DNA of 64,000 nt from Macrostomum lignano (taxonomy: Eukaryota): positions 62,001-126,000 of the forward strand of contig NIVC01001510.1 of the NCBI GenBank assembly GCA_002269645.1. The letters are read 5' to 3'. The notes beneath the pieces are model-generated. The model did no database searches. It was given only the letters and a program-made list of their open reading frames with translations, and was not told the origin of the DNA. Position numbers and translations under genes: made by a program. Shown here piece after piece: positions 24,701 to 36,514 of this stretch; positions within the stretch are counted from its first letter, which is position 1; the number at the start of each line of letters is the position of its first letter.

Positions 24701-27700
24701 TCGATGCCGGGCCGCCTGGCGGAGTCTGGACTCTGTCCGCCCTGCCCGACCCGGACGATGTGGCCGGATCCGTGGCCGGACCGCTCATGCAGTTTCAGGT
24801 ACAAAAAAGGTTCAGGTAGCGAATAGGTCGCTGGAACCTGATCACCTGGCTTGGGTTTGCTATTTGAAGTCTCTCTTGCACTCTCATTTGGACTCTCTCC
24901 CTCCATTTGGATTCCCTCCCTTCTTTTGAAGTTTCTCTCCCTTCATTTGGATTCGCTCCCTTCATTTGGATTCGCTCCCTTCTTTTGAAGTTTCTCTCCC
25001 TTCATTTGGATTCGCTCCCTTCATTTGGATTCGCTCCCTTCTTTTGAAGTTTCTCTCCCTTCATTTGGATTCGCTTCCTTCATTTGGATTCGCTCCCTTC
25101 TTTTGAAGTTTCTCTCCCTTCATTTGGATTCGCTCCCTTCATTTGGATTCGCTCCCTTCATTTGGATTCGCTCCCTTCTTTTGAAGTTTCTCTCCCTTCA
25201 TTTGGATTCGCTTCCTTCATTTGGATTCGCTCCCTTCTTTTGCAGTTTCTCTCCCTTCATTTGGATTCGCTCCCTTCATTTGAAGTTTCTCTTTCTTCAT
25301 TTGGAGTTTCTCTTCCTTTATTTGGAGTTTCTCTTCCTTTATTTGAGTTACTTTCTCTTCATTTGGAGTTTCTCTTCCTTTACGAGTATTTGAGTTTCTC
25401 TCTTTTCATTTGGAGTTTCTCTTCCTTTACGAGTATTTGAGTTTCTCTCTTTTCATTTGGAGTTTCTTTTCCTTTACGAGTATTTGAGTTTCTCTCTTTT
25501 CATTTGGAGTTTCTTTTCCTTTACGAGTATTTGAGTTTCTCTCTTTTCATTTGGAGTTTCTCTCCCTTCATTTGAATATTTGGAGTTTTCTCCCTCCATT
25601 TTGATTCGCTCAATTTATTTGGTTCTCTCCTTTCATTTGGATTCGCTGCCTTCATTTAGACTCTCTCTTCTCTGCTTCAACGTCTCCAAACCCATTCGCC
25701 GCCGCTCGCAGGTCCTTGACGCCAAGGCGGAGGCGGACGCGCAGAAGCGCAGGGACGAATGGCAGGAGCTGCTAGAGTATTGCCGCAAACAGAACGCAGC
25801 CTACGAGGAGCGCCTGGTCCAGCTTGAGCAGATGGTGCGCGAACAGGCCCGGACTCTGGACGAGGTACTCGCCGAAGAGAGAATTCGCGTCTTAAGAGAG
25901 GCCGAGGATGGAGACGACGAAGCGATGGACCTTGATGAAGCGACTCTGGCTGATATTGAAGAACAGGTAAGATGCATTGAACTATCATAAACATGAACGA
26001 AAATGAGTCTCTGGCCTTGTAGCTCATTTATTATATTCGTATTAGCCAAAGCCTTAGGCCAGCTTGGGCAATTAAAAAATATTTACTTTCTTTCCTCTGG
26101 ATGTACGTTTGTTATCTTGCACTCTACCCCTTGACTGTACATTAAAGTTTTCTCTCTCTCCCCGACCGCTCGACGTGTACATTATTTATAGCCTCATTGC
26201 TAAACCTCGCAAGCCAAATTTGAGATAAACAAATTAAAGCGGGAAGGATTTTACTGTCTATCCCTCTCTAGATGTACATTCGTTACCTTCCGCTCTACCC
26301 CTTGACTGTACAATGAAGTCTTTCTTTACCTGGGCCTCGACCTCTGGCATGAATTAGTTCATTTTTTTGCCTCGTAGCTGAAATCAAGACTGGCAGGAAT
26401 TTAGCCCTCTGGATTTACATTCGTTATCTTTCATTCTACCCTTAACTGTACATTGGAGCTTTCTCCCCACCCAGACATAGTTCATAGCCTCGTGCGTGCG
26501 TCTTGCCAAACCTTGCAAGCCAAAGTCGAGATAAAGCAGGGGTACAGGAATCCTTTTTAACGTACGTCGGCTGTTTTCTCTAATCCTTGAAATATGTACA
26601 TTCATTCAAGGCCAAGATCCAGCTCGGCAAGGCAGGCAGCTCCGCCGATCCCGAGGAGCGCGCTAAGCGCGAACAGATCGCTCGAGACGCCGCTGTCCGC
26701 GTGGCAAAGTCGCGCCTTCGCGCCGCCATCCGGCAAGAAGATCTGGAAGGCATCGGGCGCGGACTGGACCGACTTCGCGAACTGGAGATTCAGGACGAAA
26801 AGCTGGTGGAACTGGCAGAGAGAACTGTGCGAATCACCGGCATAAAGAAGGGTGAGTTGGCTCTGTAACCTTTGTGAACTCGGAAATCTAGCATGACCCA
26901 ACCGAAATCTAGCATGACCCAACCGAAATCAAGCAAGACCCAACTGAAATCTAGCATGACCCAACTGAAATCTAGCATGACCCAACCGAAATCAAGCATG
27001 ACTCCAACTGAAATCAAGCATGACCCAGCCGAAATCAAGCATGACTCCAACTGAAATCTAGCATGACCCAATTGAAATCTAGCATGACTCCAACTAAAAT
27101 CAAGCATGACCCAACTGAAATCAAGCATGACTCCAACTGAAATCAAGCATGACCCAACCGAAATCAAGCATGACTCCAACTGAAATCAAGCATGACCCAA
27201 CTGAAATCAAGCATGACTCCAACTGAAATCAAGCATGACCCAACCGAAATCAAGCATGACTCCAACTGAAATCAAGCATGACTCCAACTGAAATCAAGCA
27301 AGACCCAACCGAAATCAAGCAAGACCCAACTGAAATCAAGCATGACTCCAACTGAAATCAAGCATGACTCCAACTGAAATCTAGCATGACTCCAACTGAA
27401 ATCAAGCATGACTCCAACTGAAATCAAGCATGACCCAAGCGAAATCAAGCATGACTCCAACTGAAATCAAGCATGACTCCAACTGAAATCAAGCAAGACC
27501 CAACCGAAATCAAGCAAGACCCAACTGAAATCAAGCATGACTCCAACTGAAATCTAGCATGACTCCAACTGAAATCAAGCATGACTCCAACTGAAATCTA
27601 GCATGACTCCAACTGAAATCAAGCATGACTCCAACTGAAATCAAGCATGACCCAACTGAAATCTAGCATGACTCCAACTGAAATCAAGCATGACCCAACT

Positions 27701-30149
27701 GAAATCTAGCATGACCCAACCGAAATCAAGCATGACCCAACCGAAATCTAGCATGACTCCAACTGAAATCAAGCATGACTCCAACTGAAATCTAGCATGA
27801 CTCCAACTGAAATCAAGCATGACTCCAACTGAAATCAAGCATGACCCAAGCGAAATCAAGCATGACTCCAACTGAAAACTAGCATGACCCAACTGAAATC
27901 TAGCATGACTCCAACTGAAATCAAGCATGACCCAACTGAAATCTAGCATGACCCAACCGAAATCAAGCATGACCCAACCGAAATCAAGCATGACCCAGCC
28001 GAAATCAAGCATGACTCCAACTGAAATCAAGCATGACCCAACCGAAATCAAGCATGACCCTGACCCAGTAACTCATGGTTCTAGATGTTTCCCAAGACAA
28101 TCAATTTTCAAGCCAATACGGAGGCGAACCTCGGTAAAAGTGCACTCAAATCGCGTCGCCATTTGATTATTCGCCCCCATTTTTCCAACCGCAGACCTGG
28201 CCTCGGCATCGGCTCAATCACTGAGCCAGCGGGCCGCTGGGCCGCTCCGGGCCGCCCTGGATCGGGCCAGAAAGACCGGCCTGCTGAAGGAGTCGCACCC
28301 CCTGCTGAGCGAAGCCGCCGCCGCCCTGGTCCGAGTGGACCGAATGGAGCGGCTCTACAAGCGGGTGCTCAGCCTGGATGGCAAGGCCGTGGCCGAACTG
28401 CGGGCCTACGTCAATCCCAAGCAGGCCATCGTTGACACGGTGCGGGCCACCCTGCTTCTGCTCGGCGAATACGAGAAGCGAACCAACGTGAGAGTGGCAG
28501 CTTTAATAGGCAGTTCCTTCAATAGACTGATTTATTCATGGGTTGTAGCCTAATGGTTAGAGGTCGTGGGTTCGATTCCCGATCTCACTGAAACAATTTG
28601 TGTCCTTGAGCAAGAAGCTTAACTCTGCATTGCTTCAGTTCACCCAGCTGTGAAATGGGTGTCAGCATTAGCTGGGGTAATTGAGGGTGTGTGGCGACCC
28701 CCCAGTCATTGGACTGAACAGTCGTACGCAGCCTTCAGATGCGCCGCGCAATAGCTGCGGCTGAGCTGTCGGTTTCACATCTGCCCTAATTGGAGCAGGT
28801 GTAGCCGCATGTGCCACTCATGCCAGCAGAATTCCTTTCGTGAACCTCAAATTATTGTGAAATCAAACCCCATCTATCCTATCCGCAAAAGTTTAACACT
28901 TTTCGCACAAAAGCAGAGATGAAAAATAAATCAATATGAATCAAACTTTTGATGCTCCCAAACCAGAGCTGGCAGAAGTGCCTCCGCTACCTGAATCCCA
29001 CTGGCAAGACGAGCATGCAGCAGCGCATCGCCCAGTTCAGCCCAGCCTCCGGCCTGCACCCCAGCATCGCCGCCAGGGCGAAAGTGATGCTGGCGCCCTA
29101 CAGCGAGGAGGAAGTCATCCAGAGTAGCGCTGCCGCTGCCGCCTTTTTCTCCTGGGTGAGCGGGTCAAGCTGTCTGTGGGTCAAGCTGTCTGTGGGTCAA
29201 GCTGTCCTGTGGGTCAAGCTGTCCTGTGGGTCAAGCTGTCCTGTGGGTCAAGCTGCTGTGGGTCAAGCTGCCTGTAGGTCAAGCTCTCTGTGGGTCAAGC
29301 TGTCTGTGGGTCAAGCTGTCCTGTGGGTCAAGCTGCCTGTGGGTCAAGCTGTCTGTGGGTCAAGCTGTCTGTGGGTCAAGCTGCCTGTGGGTCAAGCTGT
29401 CCTGTGGGTCAAGCTGTCTGTGGGTCAAGCTGTCTGTGGGTCAAGCTGCCTGTGGGTCAAGCTGTCCTGTGGGTCAAGCTGTCTGTAGGTCAAGCTGTCT
29501 GTGGGTCAAGCTGTCTGTGGGTCAAGCTGTCTGTGGGTCAAGCTGCCTGTGGGTCAAGCTGCCTGTGGGTCAAGCTGCCTGTGAGTCAAGCTGTCTATGG
29601 GTCAAGCTGCCTGTGGGTCAAGCTGTCTGTGGGTCAAGCTGTCTGTGGGTCAAGCTGTCCTGTTAGTCAAGCTGTCTGTAGGTCAAGATGTCTGTGGGTC
29701 AAGCTGCCTGTGGGTCAAGCTGTCTGTAGATCAAGCTGTCTGTGGTTCAAACTGTCTGTGGGTCAAGCTGTCTGTAGGTCAAGCTGTCTGTGGGTCAAGC
29801 TGCCTGTGGGTCAAGCTGTCTGTGGGTCAAGCTGCCTATGGGTCAAGCTGCCTGTGGGTCAAGCTGTCCTGTGGGTCAAGCTGTCCTGTGGGTCAAGCTG
29901 CCTGTGGGTCAAGCTGTCCTGTGGGTCAAGCTGTCTCTGGGTCAAGCTGGCCTGATGGACGCTAATAAATGACGAAATCAGAAAAACCGCTTTTCACTAC
30001 AGAGTCTGGGCACGGTGATCGAATCCGAAGAGAGCAGCAATCCACGCGACTTTCAGCCGGCCAACATCGAGCGACAGCGGAAACTGCTGGGCGTCTCCAA
30101 GGAGGAGCACAGCAGGCTGCTCTGGGAGGGCAGCGGCGGAAGGAAGTGA
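18712..30149 (+). CDS. Hillarin/KY/LTD-1-like transglutaminase-fold protein, ~1217 aa, 12 exons; MGCxxS N-terminus, pseudo-TGase core, KY-type beta repeats, coiled coil, C-terminal dynein-MTBD-like domain
   Basis: Exons 18712-18833, 19722-20037, 20995-21201, 21974-22114, 22517-23347, 23586-24121, 24423-24798, 25712-25966, 26611-26851, 28195-28487, 28967-29155, 30003-30149. All junctions are GT..AG and phase-compatible (3654 nt). Family-type motifs: ELEAVRVLFRWM, LWLAVLVEGQWRLIDPIW, EFYFLTDP..EHFPYDPRWQLLPRPISLEEFE, GKFLLKLFG, YLIDS, YGYYHLAI. Confidence 0.88.
20213..20750. repeat. Intronic 18-nt minisatellite (tggtcactcttcactctc)
   Basis: Directly visible, in intron 2 of the TGase-like gene. 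Confidence 0.95.
21262..21885. repeat. Intronic 30-nt minisatellite (caccgtcacccaatctgctgtagcctccaa)
   Basis: Directly visible, intron 3. Confidence 0.95.
24880..25660. repeat. Intronic composite pyrimidine-rich minisatellite (ttcatttggattcgctccc / tttgaagtttctctccc variants)
   Basis: Directly visible, intron 7. The unit changes gradually along the array. Confidence 0.9.
26095..26520. repeat. Three degenerate ~150-170-bp tandem copies (tgtacattcgttatct..ctctaccccttgactgtacatt..)
   Basis: Copies start near 26101, 26273 and 26413, in intron 8. Confidence 0.7.
26883..28060. repeat. Intronic 21-nt minisatellite (gaaatcaagcatgactccaact-type)
   Basis: Directly visible, intron 9. Confidence 0.95.
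28541..28715 (+). mobile_element. tRNA-derived SINE with CORE/Meta-like central domain (internally shortened head)
   Basis: GGTTGTAGCCTAATGGTTAG (A box) and GGGTTCGATTCC (B box), then gtgtccttgagcaag...ttgcttcagttcacccagctgtgaaatgggt. A homologous copy lies at 44082-44232 on the minus strand. Confidence 0.8.
29161..29950. repeat. Intronic 16-17-nt minisatellite (gggtcaagctgtctgt)
   Basis: Directly visible. It starts 5 nt after the donor of intron 11. Confidence 0.95.
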
Positions 30150-30221
30150 CGATTTGGGCTTGTTCATCCATGGACTCTCTCATTGATCCGGACTCTCTCA
30201 CTCATTGATCTGGACTCTCTC

Positions 30222-30366
<145 letters not shown>

Positions 30367-31052
30367 TTGGACTTTTATTCTTGTAGATGTGCAACACCGT
30401 GCTCACAGAATCGCTACCTGCTGTTGAATCTGACACTACTGCACTAGTGCAGCAAACTGCCTGCGAATTTTGATTTGTTGAATTTCTCCGTCAGCAAAAC
30501 GCACGAATGCAATTTGAAACAGATGATAATAAACTTTTTAATAATAAGATTGTACTGTACTAAATGTTCCGCGAAATACTTAAATGAACAGTTTGAAAAT
30601 GACTAAGACACAGAGAGGTCACGGCAGTACTAGTAAAGCAAAGTTATTGCCTGTTTCCTTTGGGCTTCCTTTTATTTGTGTTCCTTTTTCTGCTTTTTTG
30701 CTGACGACTCTTTTATTAGCAAAAGGGGGTGGGGCAGGTGGTGTCGGAGAACTATACTCAGGTCCATTAAAGCTTAGGGCTTGTTAGCGCCAAAAGGTAA
30801 GTACAGGTAAGTGGTGAGGCGCCAACACCAAGTTTAAACTGATTTCCGCTGACGTGTTTGCAAAAAAATCTCTGAACCAAGTAGAAACAAAGTTCCGGAA
30901 AAACAAAAAAGAATATTGTGCGAAAAAAGTAATGCTCAAAAAATGTAAACAATGACTCAACTTTTTAGCACCTGCGTTTTTGTTAGGCTGATAAAAGCGA
31001 AAACCTTTGTCCCTCCAGCAAATCTCTTCATTTGTAGAGCCTGTGCGAAGCC

Positions 31053-32900
31053 TCACTTGGCTGACTTCTTCACCTCTAGCTCGTCTATTGTCCAGAGGTC
31101 GATGAAATTCTTCCTGGCCTTCTTCTTCACCTTGGTGGCGTCCTTCTGCTTTTTAACCATGAACTCTTTGGCGTCCCTGAAGTAGCTGGGCGGATAGGCC
31201 CGCCAGCCCCTGGACGAGCCGTGCGTGCCGCCCTCGTCGTCGGAGGTGAGGCGCTGGTCCACCCGCTCGGCCGGGATGGTCTGCTGCTCCTGGTTCATGG
31301 TCTGCATGCTGAGGCGCAGCCTGGCCTCCAGGTACTCGTTCTTCCACTTGCAGTACTCCAGCGTGGTGACGCCGGCTTTGTCGTCCAGATCGATTCGATA
31401 CTTCATCATCTGCTGGATGGCCTTGGCAAAGCGGCCGCGCTCCCACAGCCGGGGCAGCTTGTTCTTGAACAGCTCGGTGGCGGCTGGCTGCTGCTTGTCG
31501 TACTTGCTGCCAGAGGTCTGCAGGAACGGCGGGAAACTCTTGTCGGCGACAGTGGACGACATCAGCAGAGTTGGGATGTTCCTCAGCATGTGCTGCAGAT
31601 CGTTCGGCTGGATGAACGGACCGTCGATAAGGTGCGACATGTAGTAGGAGATGTTTACAGCGGGCTCCTTGGAGAAGACGTACAACAGGCTGGTGTCTGT
31701 CAGGATGTCCATGATGAGGTGGATGATGCTGTGCTTCAGCGATTCGACATTTCTGTCGGCGGCCAGCACCAGGAAGTAGTGCAGCAAGGCGAGAATGTTG
31801 TCGTAATCGTAGATAGACGTCTTGTGGCCGTTCTGCTCAACGTAGTCAGACGAATTGATTTCGGTGGAGTTCACTATGGGCGACAGGTTGATGAAGCGCT
31901 CCTCCAGGCTGCTGAGAATCACCAATCGAAATTCTGGATTGAGCGATTTTGACGTCTGCGACACAAAGTAGCGCTCCTTCTGGAAGACGCGAACAAACGG
32001 TATGATCTGGGGCATGATTCTCAACGGGTCCTTGTGCAGGAAGAGTTTGCACAGCATGCGGCGCGGGTAGGACCGATACACAATCACCGCCCGTTCGTCC
32101 TGATCTGGCGAAGCCCACGGAGCGTTATAATAGCGACAGTTAATGGGCTGGTAGAACACTTTGTCGCCCAGGTAGAAATTGACGTGAGCAGCCTTGTTGA
32201 GCATGTTAACTAGCATAGAGATTTTCGTGTAGGGCCGTTCGTCTAGCAGCGACCAGGCGTATTCCATCCAGTCGCTGAATTTCCTAGAGAAATTGTAGTT
32301 CCGCCGGAAATAGTAGATGCAGAACTGGCTGCGCGGCGCCCAAGAGCCGAAACGGAACAGCGACGGGATGGCGAAATAGGCCTCCCTACGCATCATGATC
32401 GTGGGGATGTTGAAAGTGATGAGGTCGCCAAACGAGTGGTCGTGAACGTAGGTGGCGTACTGCGGAATGGACACCTCGCTCATGGCCTCGTAGCTGGCCG
32501 CGTTGTCGATTTTGCCAACCCGAATCGGCGCCAGGACGCGAACGATTGTCTCGCATTTGAAGTAGAGCGCCACCGAGAAGATGTTGAGAAACAGGTAGGC
32601 CTTCTCGTTGAACATCGGCCGGTCCATGGGCGACTTTGGATTGTAGAGCGACGGCTTGTCCAAGATTTGAAAGTACATGTACTTGAAGAAGATGTTCATC
32701 CGCTCTCGGGTCTTCAGAATGTTCACCAAAGGCGTGGCGTCGCCCGAGCGCACGCGGTTGATGATCCACAGCGTGTTGGGGTGCAGGGCGGGGAAGTACG
32801 GCCGGATGGCGGTGTACGCGTACTCGCCTGCCGAGGCGCCGACGCCTTCGATCTGCAGCCGGTAGACCTTCGGCACCTGCGGCTTCTGTATCGACTGCAT
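31053..32900 (-). CDS. Intronless 615-aa protein of unknown function (possible very degenerate ankyrin-like segments)
   Basis: 1848-nt ORF with strong GC3 bias and a non-repetitive, protein-like sequence. A pyrimidine-rich acceptor (ttactttctcAG) lies 8 nt upstream of the ATG. No family recognised with confidence. Confidence 0.88.
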   Translation of the reverse strand: MQSIQKPQVPKVYRLQIEGVGASAGEYAYTAIRPYFPALHPNTLWIINRVRSGDATPLVNILKTRERMNIFFKYMYFQILDKPSLYNPKSPMDRPMFNEKAYLFLNIFSVALYFKCETIVRVLAPIRVGKIDNAASYEAMSEVSIPQYATYVHDHSFGDLITFNIPTIMMRREAYFAIPSLFRFGSWAPRSQFCIYYFRRNYNFSRKFSDWMEYAWSLLDERPYTKISMLVNMLNKAAHVNFYLGDKVFYQPINCRYYNAPWASPDQDERAVIVYRSYPRRMLCKLFLHKDPLRIMPQIIPFVRVFQKERYFVSQTSKSLNPEFRLVILSSLEERFINLSPIVNSTEINSSDYVEQNGHKTSIYDYDNILALLHYFLVLAADRNVESLKHSIIHLIMDILTDTSLLYVFSKEPAVNISYYMSHLIDGPFIQPNDLQHMLRNIPTLLMSSTVADKSFPPFLQTSGSKYDKQQPAATELFKNKLPRLWERGRFAKAIQQMMKYRIDLDDKAGVTTLEYCKWKNEYLEARLRLSMQTMNQEQQTIPAERVDQRLTSDDEGGTHGSSRGWRAYPPSYFRDAKEFMVKKQKDATKVKKKARKNFIDLWTIDELEVKKSAK

Positions 32901-33969
32901 GACGACAACTGAGAAAGTAAAGCTGGCCGCTCACTCTGCTGGGCCTCCACTGCTGTGCTTGGCTGGTGCAAGTTCTGGCTTCGGCTGTTTGCCGCTAAAC
33001 TTAGTTAAAGTCTAATACTTTTCAGACTTTTATTAACAAGTTAGCTATAATGCTTTTTTAGCAGTGCGCTCCTGGCTCTTTAGTACTGAACTATTCGATT
33101 CCAAGTTGGGCCATAGACGGCTGGCCGAGCACGTCTCAACGGAATGACCCTGAGGCATCGATTCCGATATGCAAAACTCCCCGCCCCTGGGGACCGGGGC
33201 GCCTAATTCGGGCGGGATTTGGCTTGTCTGGGATGGCAATAGAGAGAGAGAAAAGTTAATCAAATTAGCCATCTTGTCCAGCACCGGAGTCGGGAGTGTA
33301 ATGCTCATCCCCCCAACTCTGCTGTAGTTGCTGGGAGGACTCAAATCGGTGGAAAAATTTCAGGATCCACAGAAAGTCTGCATTGAATTTGCATTCTGCG
33401 ACTCCCTGAGGGTCTGGGGGTTGGGGGGAGGGGGGTTCGAACCCAAAGCCCTCGGGCGAATGCCCAGTTCGGCAATTAATTCGCGAATGCGAACTGCAGT
33501 CTCAGGCTCGAATCATTTTTCCGAGGTGTACTTTCGAACAAAAAAGACGCGTTAATTAGTTGGGTATTTATTTGCATGGGAAACATTCGATATTCGAAAC
33601 GAATATTTCGCAACAAAGAGTACTGTTAAAAAGGCCTTTGTTTCATTGTATTAAGCCTATTGAGGTAGTCGGGTAAACCAATTGATATGCACTTGCAATT
33701 CTGACGCTATTCGATATGCCGCTTCAGTTTAATATTGAAATAAATTTATAACAAATTTAAATATATAGTCGTAATCATGCGAGCACTACATGTAGCAGTT
33801 CTCGCTAAAAGAATAAACATGATTCATCCAGTTCGCGGAAAACAGTTGTCAGCTGATACATAAAAACCGCATTAGAAAGAAGCTTTAATAAAACGAGGAG
33901 GACTTGAGTGCTGCAATGAGTAAAACTTTTATTCATTTAATCCATGCTTTTACAGACCAAAAAGGGCCA

Positions 33970-34320
33970 AGGTGACAGGGAGTGTGACAGGCTTAAGATG
34001 GCAGTGTGACAGGCTTAGGAGAGCAGCGTGACAGATTCAACATGGCAGTGTGACAGGCTTAGGAGAGCAGCGTGACAGATTCAACATGGCAGTGTGACAG
34101 GCTCAAGATGCCAGTGTGACAGGCTCAAGATGCCAGTGTGACAGGCTCAAGATGCCAGTGTGACAGGCTCAAGATGGCAGTGTGACAGGTTTAAGATGCC
34201 AGTGTGACAGGCTAAAGATGGCAGCGTGACAGATTCAAGATGGCAGTGTGACAGGCTAAGATGCCTGTGTGACAGGCTCAAAATGGGCGTGTGACAGGCT
34301 CAAGATGGGCGTGTGACAGG
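33970..34320. repeat. 22-nt minisatellite (gtgtgacaggctcaagatgcca)
   Basis: Directly visible. Confidence 0.9.
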
Positions 34321-34449
34321 TCCAATAAGGGACCTGTAAAGGGTCCCAAGACGCTTCTAAAATGAAAGTGACAGGCCCAAACTAGCCAATCAGGGTGGTG
34401 CTTCGGGATTTACCGAATCTGTGCGCATTGCGAGCAGCTCAAGTCGCTC

Positions 34450-34938
34450 TCAGTAACCTGGCCGCTTCACCATGGCCAGGTGTGTCACCTGCCTCTGCCG
34501 ACCCCGCCCAGACTCCAGCCAGCCGGTCAGGCTGTAGCCCCGGTGAAAGTCCGCGTCCGACACGCTCGAGGTGAGGCGCAACAGGAAATTGCCGCTGCTG
34601 CCTGCCAGAAACTGCTGCTGCTGCTGCTGCTTGACTTTCTGCTTCAGCCGGCCGGCAATGGACACGCAGCCGCCGTCATCCGAGTGGGCCACCGTAGCCC
34701 AGCCTGCTCGGCGTTTGAGGCCGCCGCTGACCTCCGTGACCCGGCAGAGCCGCCTGGTGAACCAGGGAAAGCGGAGCAGCCAGTAGGCGTTGAGCCCGAG
34801 GCAGCCACCGCCCTCCTCAGGGTGCAGCAGCACCTTCACTGGCTGGCGGTCCTGGCCGCTGCTGCTGCCCCCGCCGCTTGGCTGCAGCAGCTTGACGCAA
34901 CGGCGGCCGACTTGTTCGTAGTAGAACAGCTGCACCAT
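34450..34938 (-). CDS. 162-aa protein of unknown function (MVQLFYYEQVGRRCVKLL...SDADFHRGYSLTGWLE...THLAMVKRPGY)
   Basis: ATG at 34938 is preceded by an acceptor (gttgcAG) 13 nt upstream. Codons are GC-rich and the sequence alternates hydrophobic residues like a beta-rich fold. The longer 209-aa ORF start is probably intronic. A possible 5' UTR exon lies at ~35661-35746. Confidence 0.72.
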   Translation of the reverse strand: MVQLFYYEQVGRRCVKLLQPSGGGSSSGQDRQPVKVLLHPEEGGGCLGLNAYWLLRFPWFTRRLCRVTEVSGGLKRRAGWATVAHSDDGGCVSIAGRLKQKVKQQQQQQFLAGSSGNFLLRLTSSVSDADFHRGYSLTGWLESGRGRQRQVTHLAMVKRPGY

Positions 34939-35189
34939 GTTGCTGGCGGGCCTGCAACTTGGTGCAGTGAGGTTTGACTGGCTGCCTGATGCTGTGGATG
35001 AACATGATGCCAAGGCCGACTGACAGGGAGACCGACAGACATACGGGCTAACGATAGTCACTGCTATCACTGCTATCACTGAACGTCACTAAGACAACCA
35101 AGCTGATACATAAGACACTAAAACAAACACAATGCACTAAACAGACACGAGTAGACGCCAAGAAACGAGTAAAAAGAGACACTTAGACA

Positions 35190-35560
35190 CTTGAATACTA
35201 AGACACATCGACACAAGACACCAATACAAACGCTCAGACACACAGACAGGCACCAATACAAACGCTCAGACACACAGACAGGCACCAATACAAACGCTCA
35301 GACACACAGACAGGCACCAATACAAACGCTCAGACACACAGACAGGCACCAATACAAACGCTCAGACACACAGACAGGCACCAATACAAACGCTCAGACA
35401 CACAGACAGGCACCAATACAAACGCTCAGACACACAGACAGGCACCAATACAAACGCGCAGACGCATAGACAGGCACCAATACAAACGCGCAGAAACATA
35501 GACAGGCACCAATACAAACGCGCAGACACATAGACAGGCACTAATACAAACGCACAGACA
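35190..35560. repeat. 32-nt minisatellite (cacagacaggcaccaatacaaacgctcagaca)
   Basis: Directly visible. Confidence 0.93.
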
Positions 35561-36514
35561 CAGACAAGCAAAGTCAGAGTGCAGATGACAGCCAAAGAGG
35601 GATCAGAGCGGCTCAGAGTCATGCAGCAGTATTCCCAGGCCACGGGACAGGGCCTCACCGTATTGAAGAATCAGCCAAACAGACAGGGTGGCAGCTGGCA
35701 GCGGAAAGACGAGCGACTCGGCAGTCAGAAAATGAAGATCAGAGCTGATTTCCTCTATATAGCCAGCTGGCTAGTGGCAGAGCGGCGCGTCGCGGCGGAA
35801 TCTCCCGGATCTGGAGGCTTCCCGCCAGTTTTCTGGCCGCTTCTCTCTTCCAATCCTAGCCGAACCCCATGCACCCCTCCCCCGACATCCAAGCCCCGTA
35901 GCCGTCCACTGTCATCCCGATGGCATCCCTTAATCCATCAGCTGAGACTGCCGGCTCAAGCAGGGTCCATCCAATCGCGATCGGGCCAGTATAGCCCGTG
36001 CTCTCTCTCAGCCGCTTTCTCACTTCCTCCGCCTTCTCTCTGCCCGTAGGAAGAAGGCCACACAGCCAGCTGCTGCTAAAGGTGCGAAACTGATGGATTG
36101 ATGAGCTGTCAGGCTGCAGCTGATCTTAACCGGTAGGTATAGGGGATGAAGGCTAAATAATAGTCCACAAAGTCTAAATATACCGTATACTTAACCAGAT
36201 TCAGGGCCAGCACTTGGATCGTTTTGCAATGGCCTGTTTGCTTCCTCCTTTTTTCCTAGCCATAGCTGTTACGGAGGGTCTGAAGATGAAAAAATGGGCC
36301 TAATTTTCTCGTTACAAGGTGGTCAACCGCAGGGACATCAGGGCGATGACCATGGCTCTCTCAGACCTCAGCTGTTTTGCCAGGCATCGCTACCTTTAGG
36401 GGAATCCGCAGTGAGGAATGCCCATTCTGCCTCCTTGCGGAGCACTTCATCTGTGAATGCCCCGCCTTTACTCAAGACAGGCTCAACTACTTCGGCCCAA
36501 ACCCGGAACTCTCC

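Noticed and set aside
31153-32971. Overlapping alternative-frame and antisense ORFs over the 615-aa gene and other GC-rich exons
   Set aside because: Expected from GC3-rich codon usage; no independent motifs.
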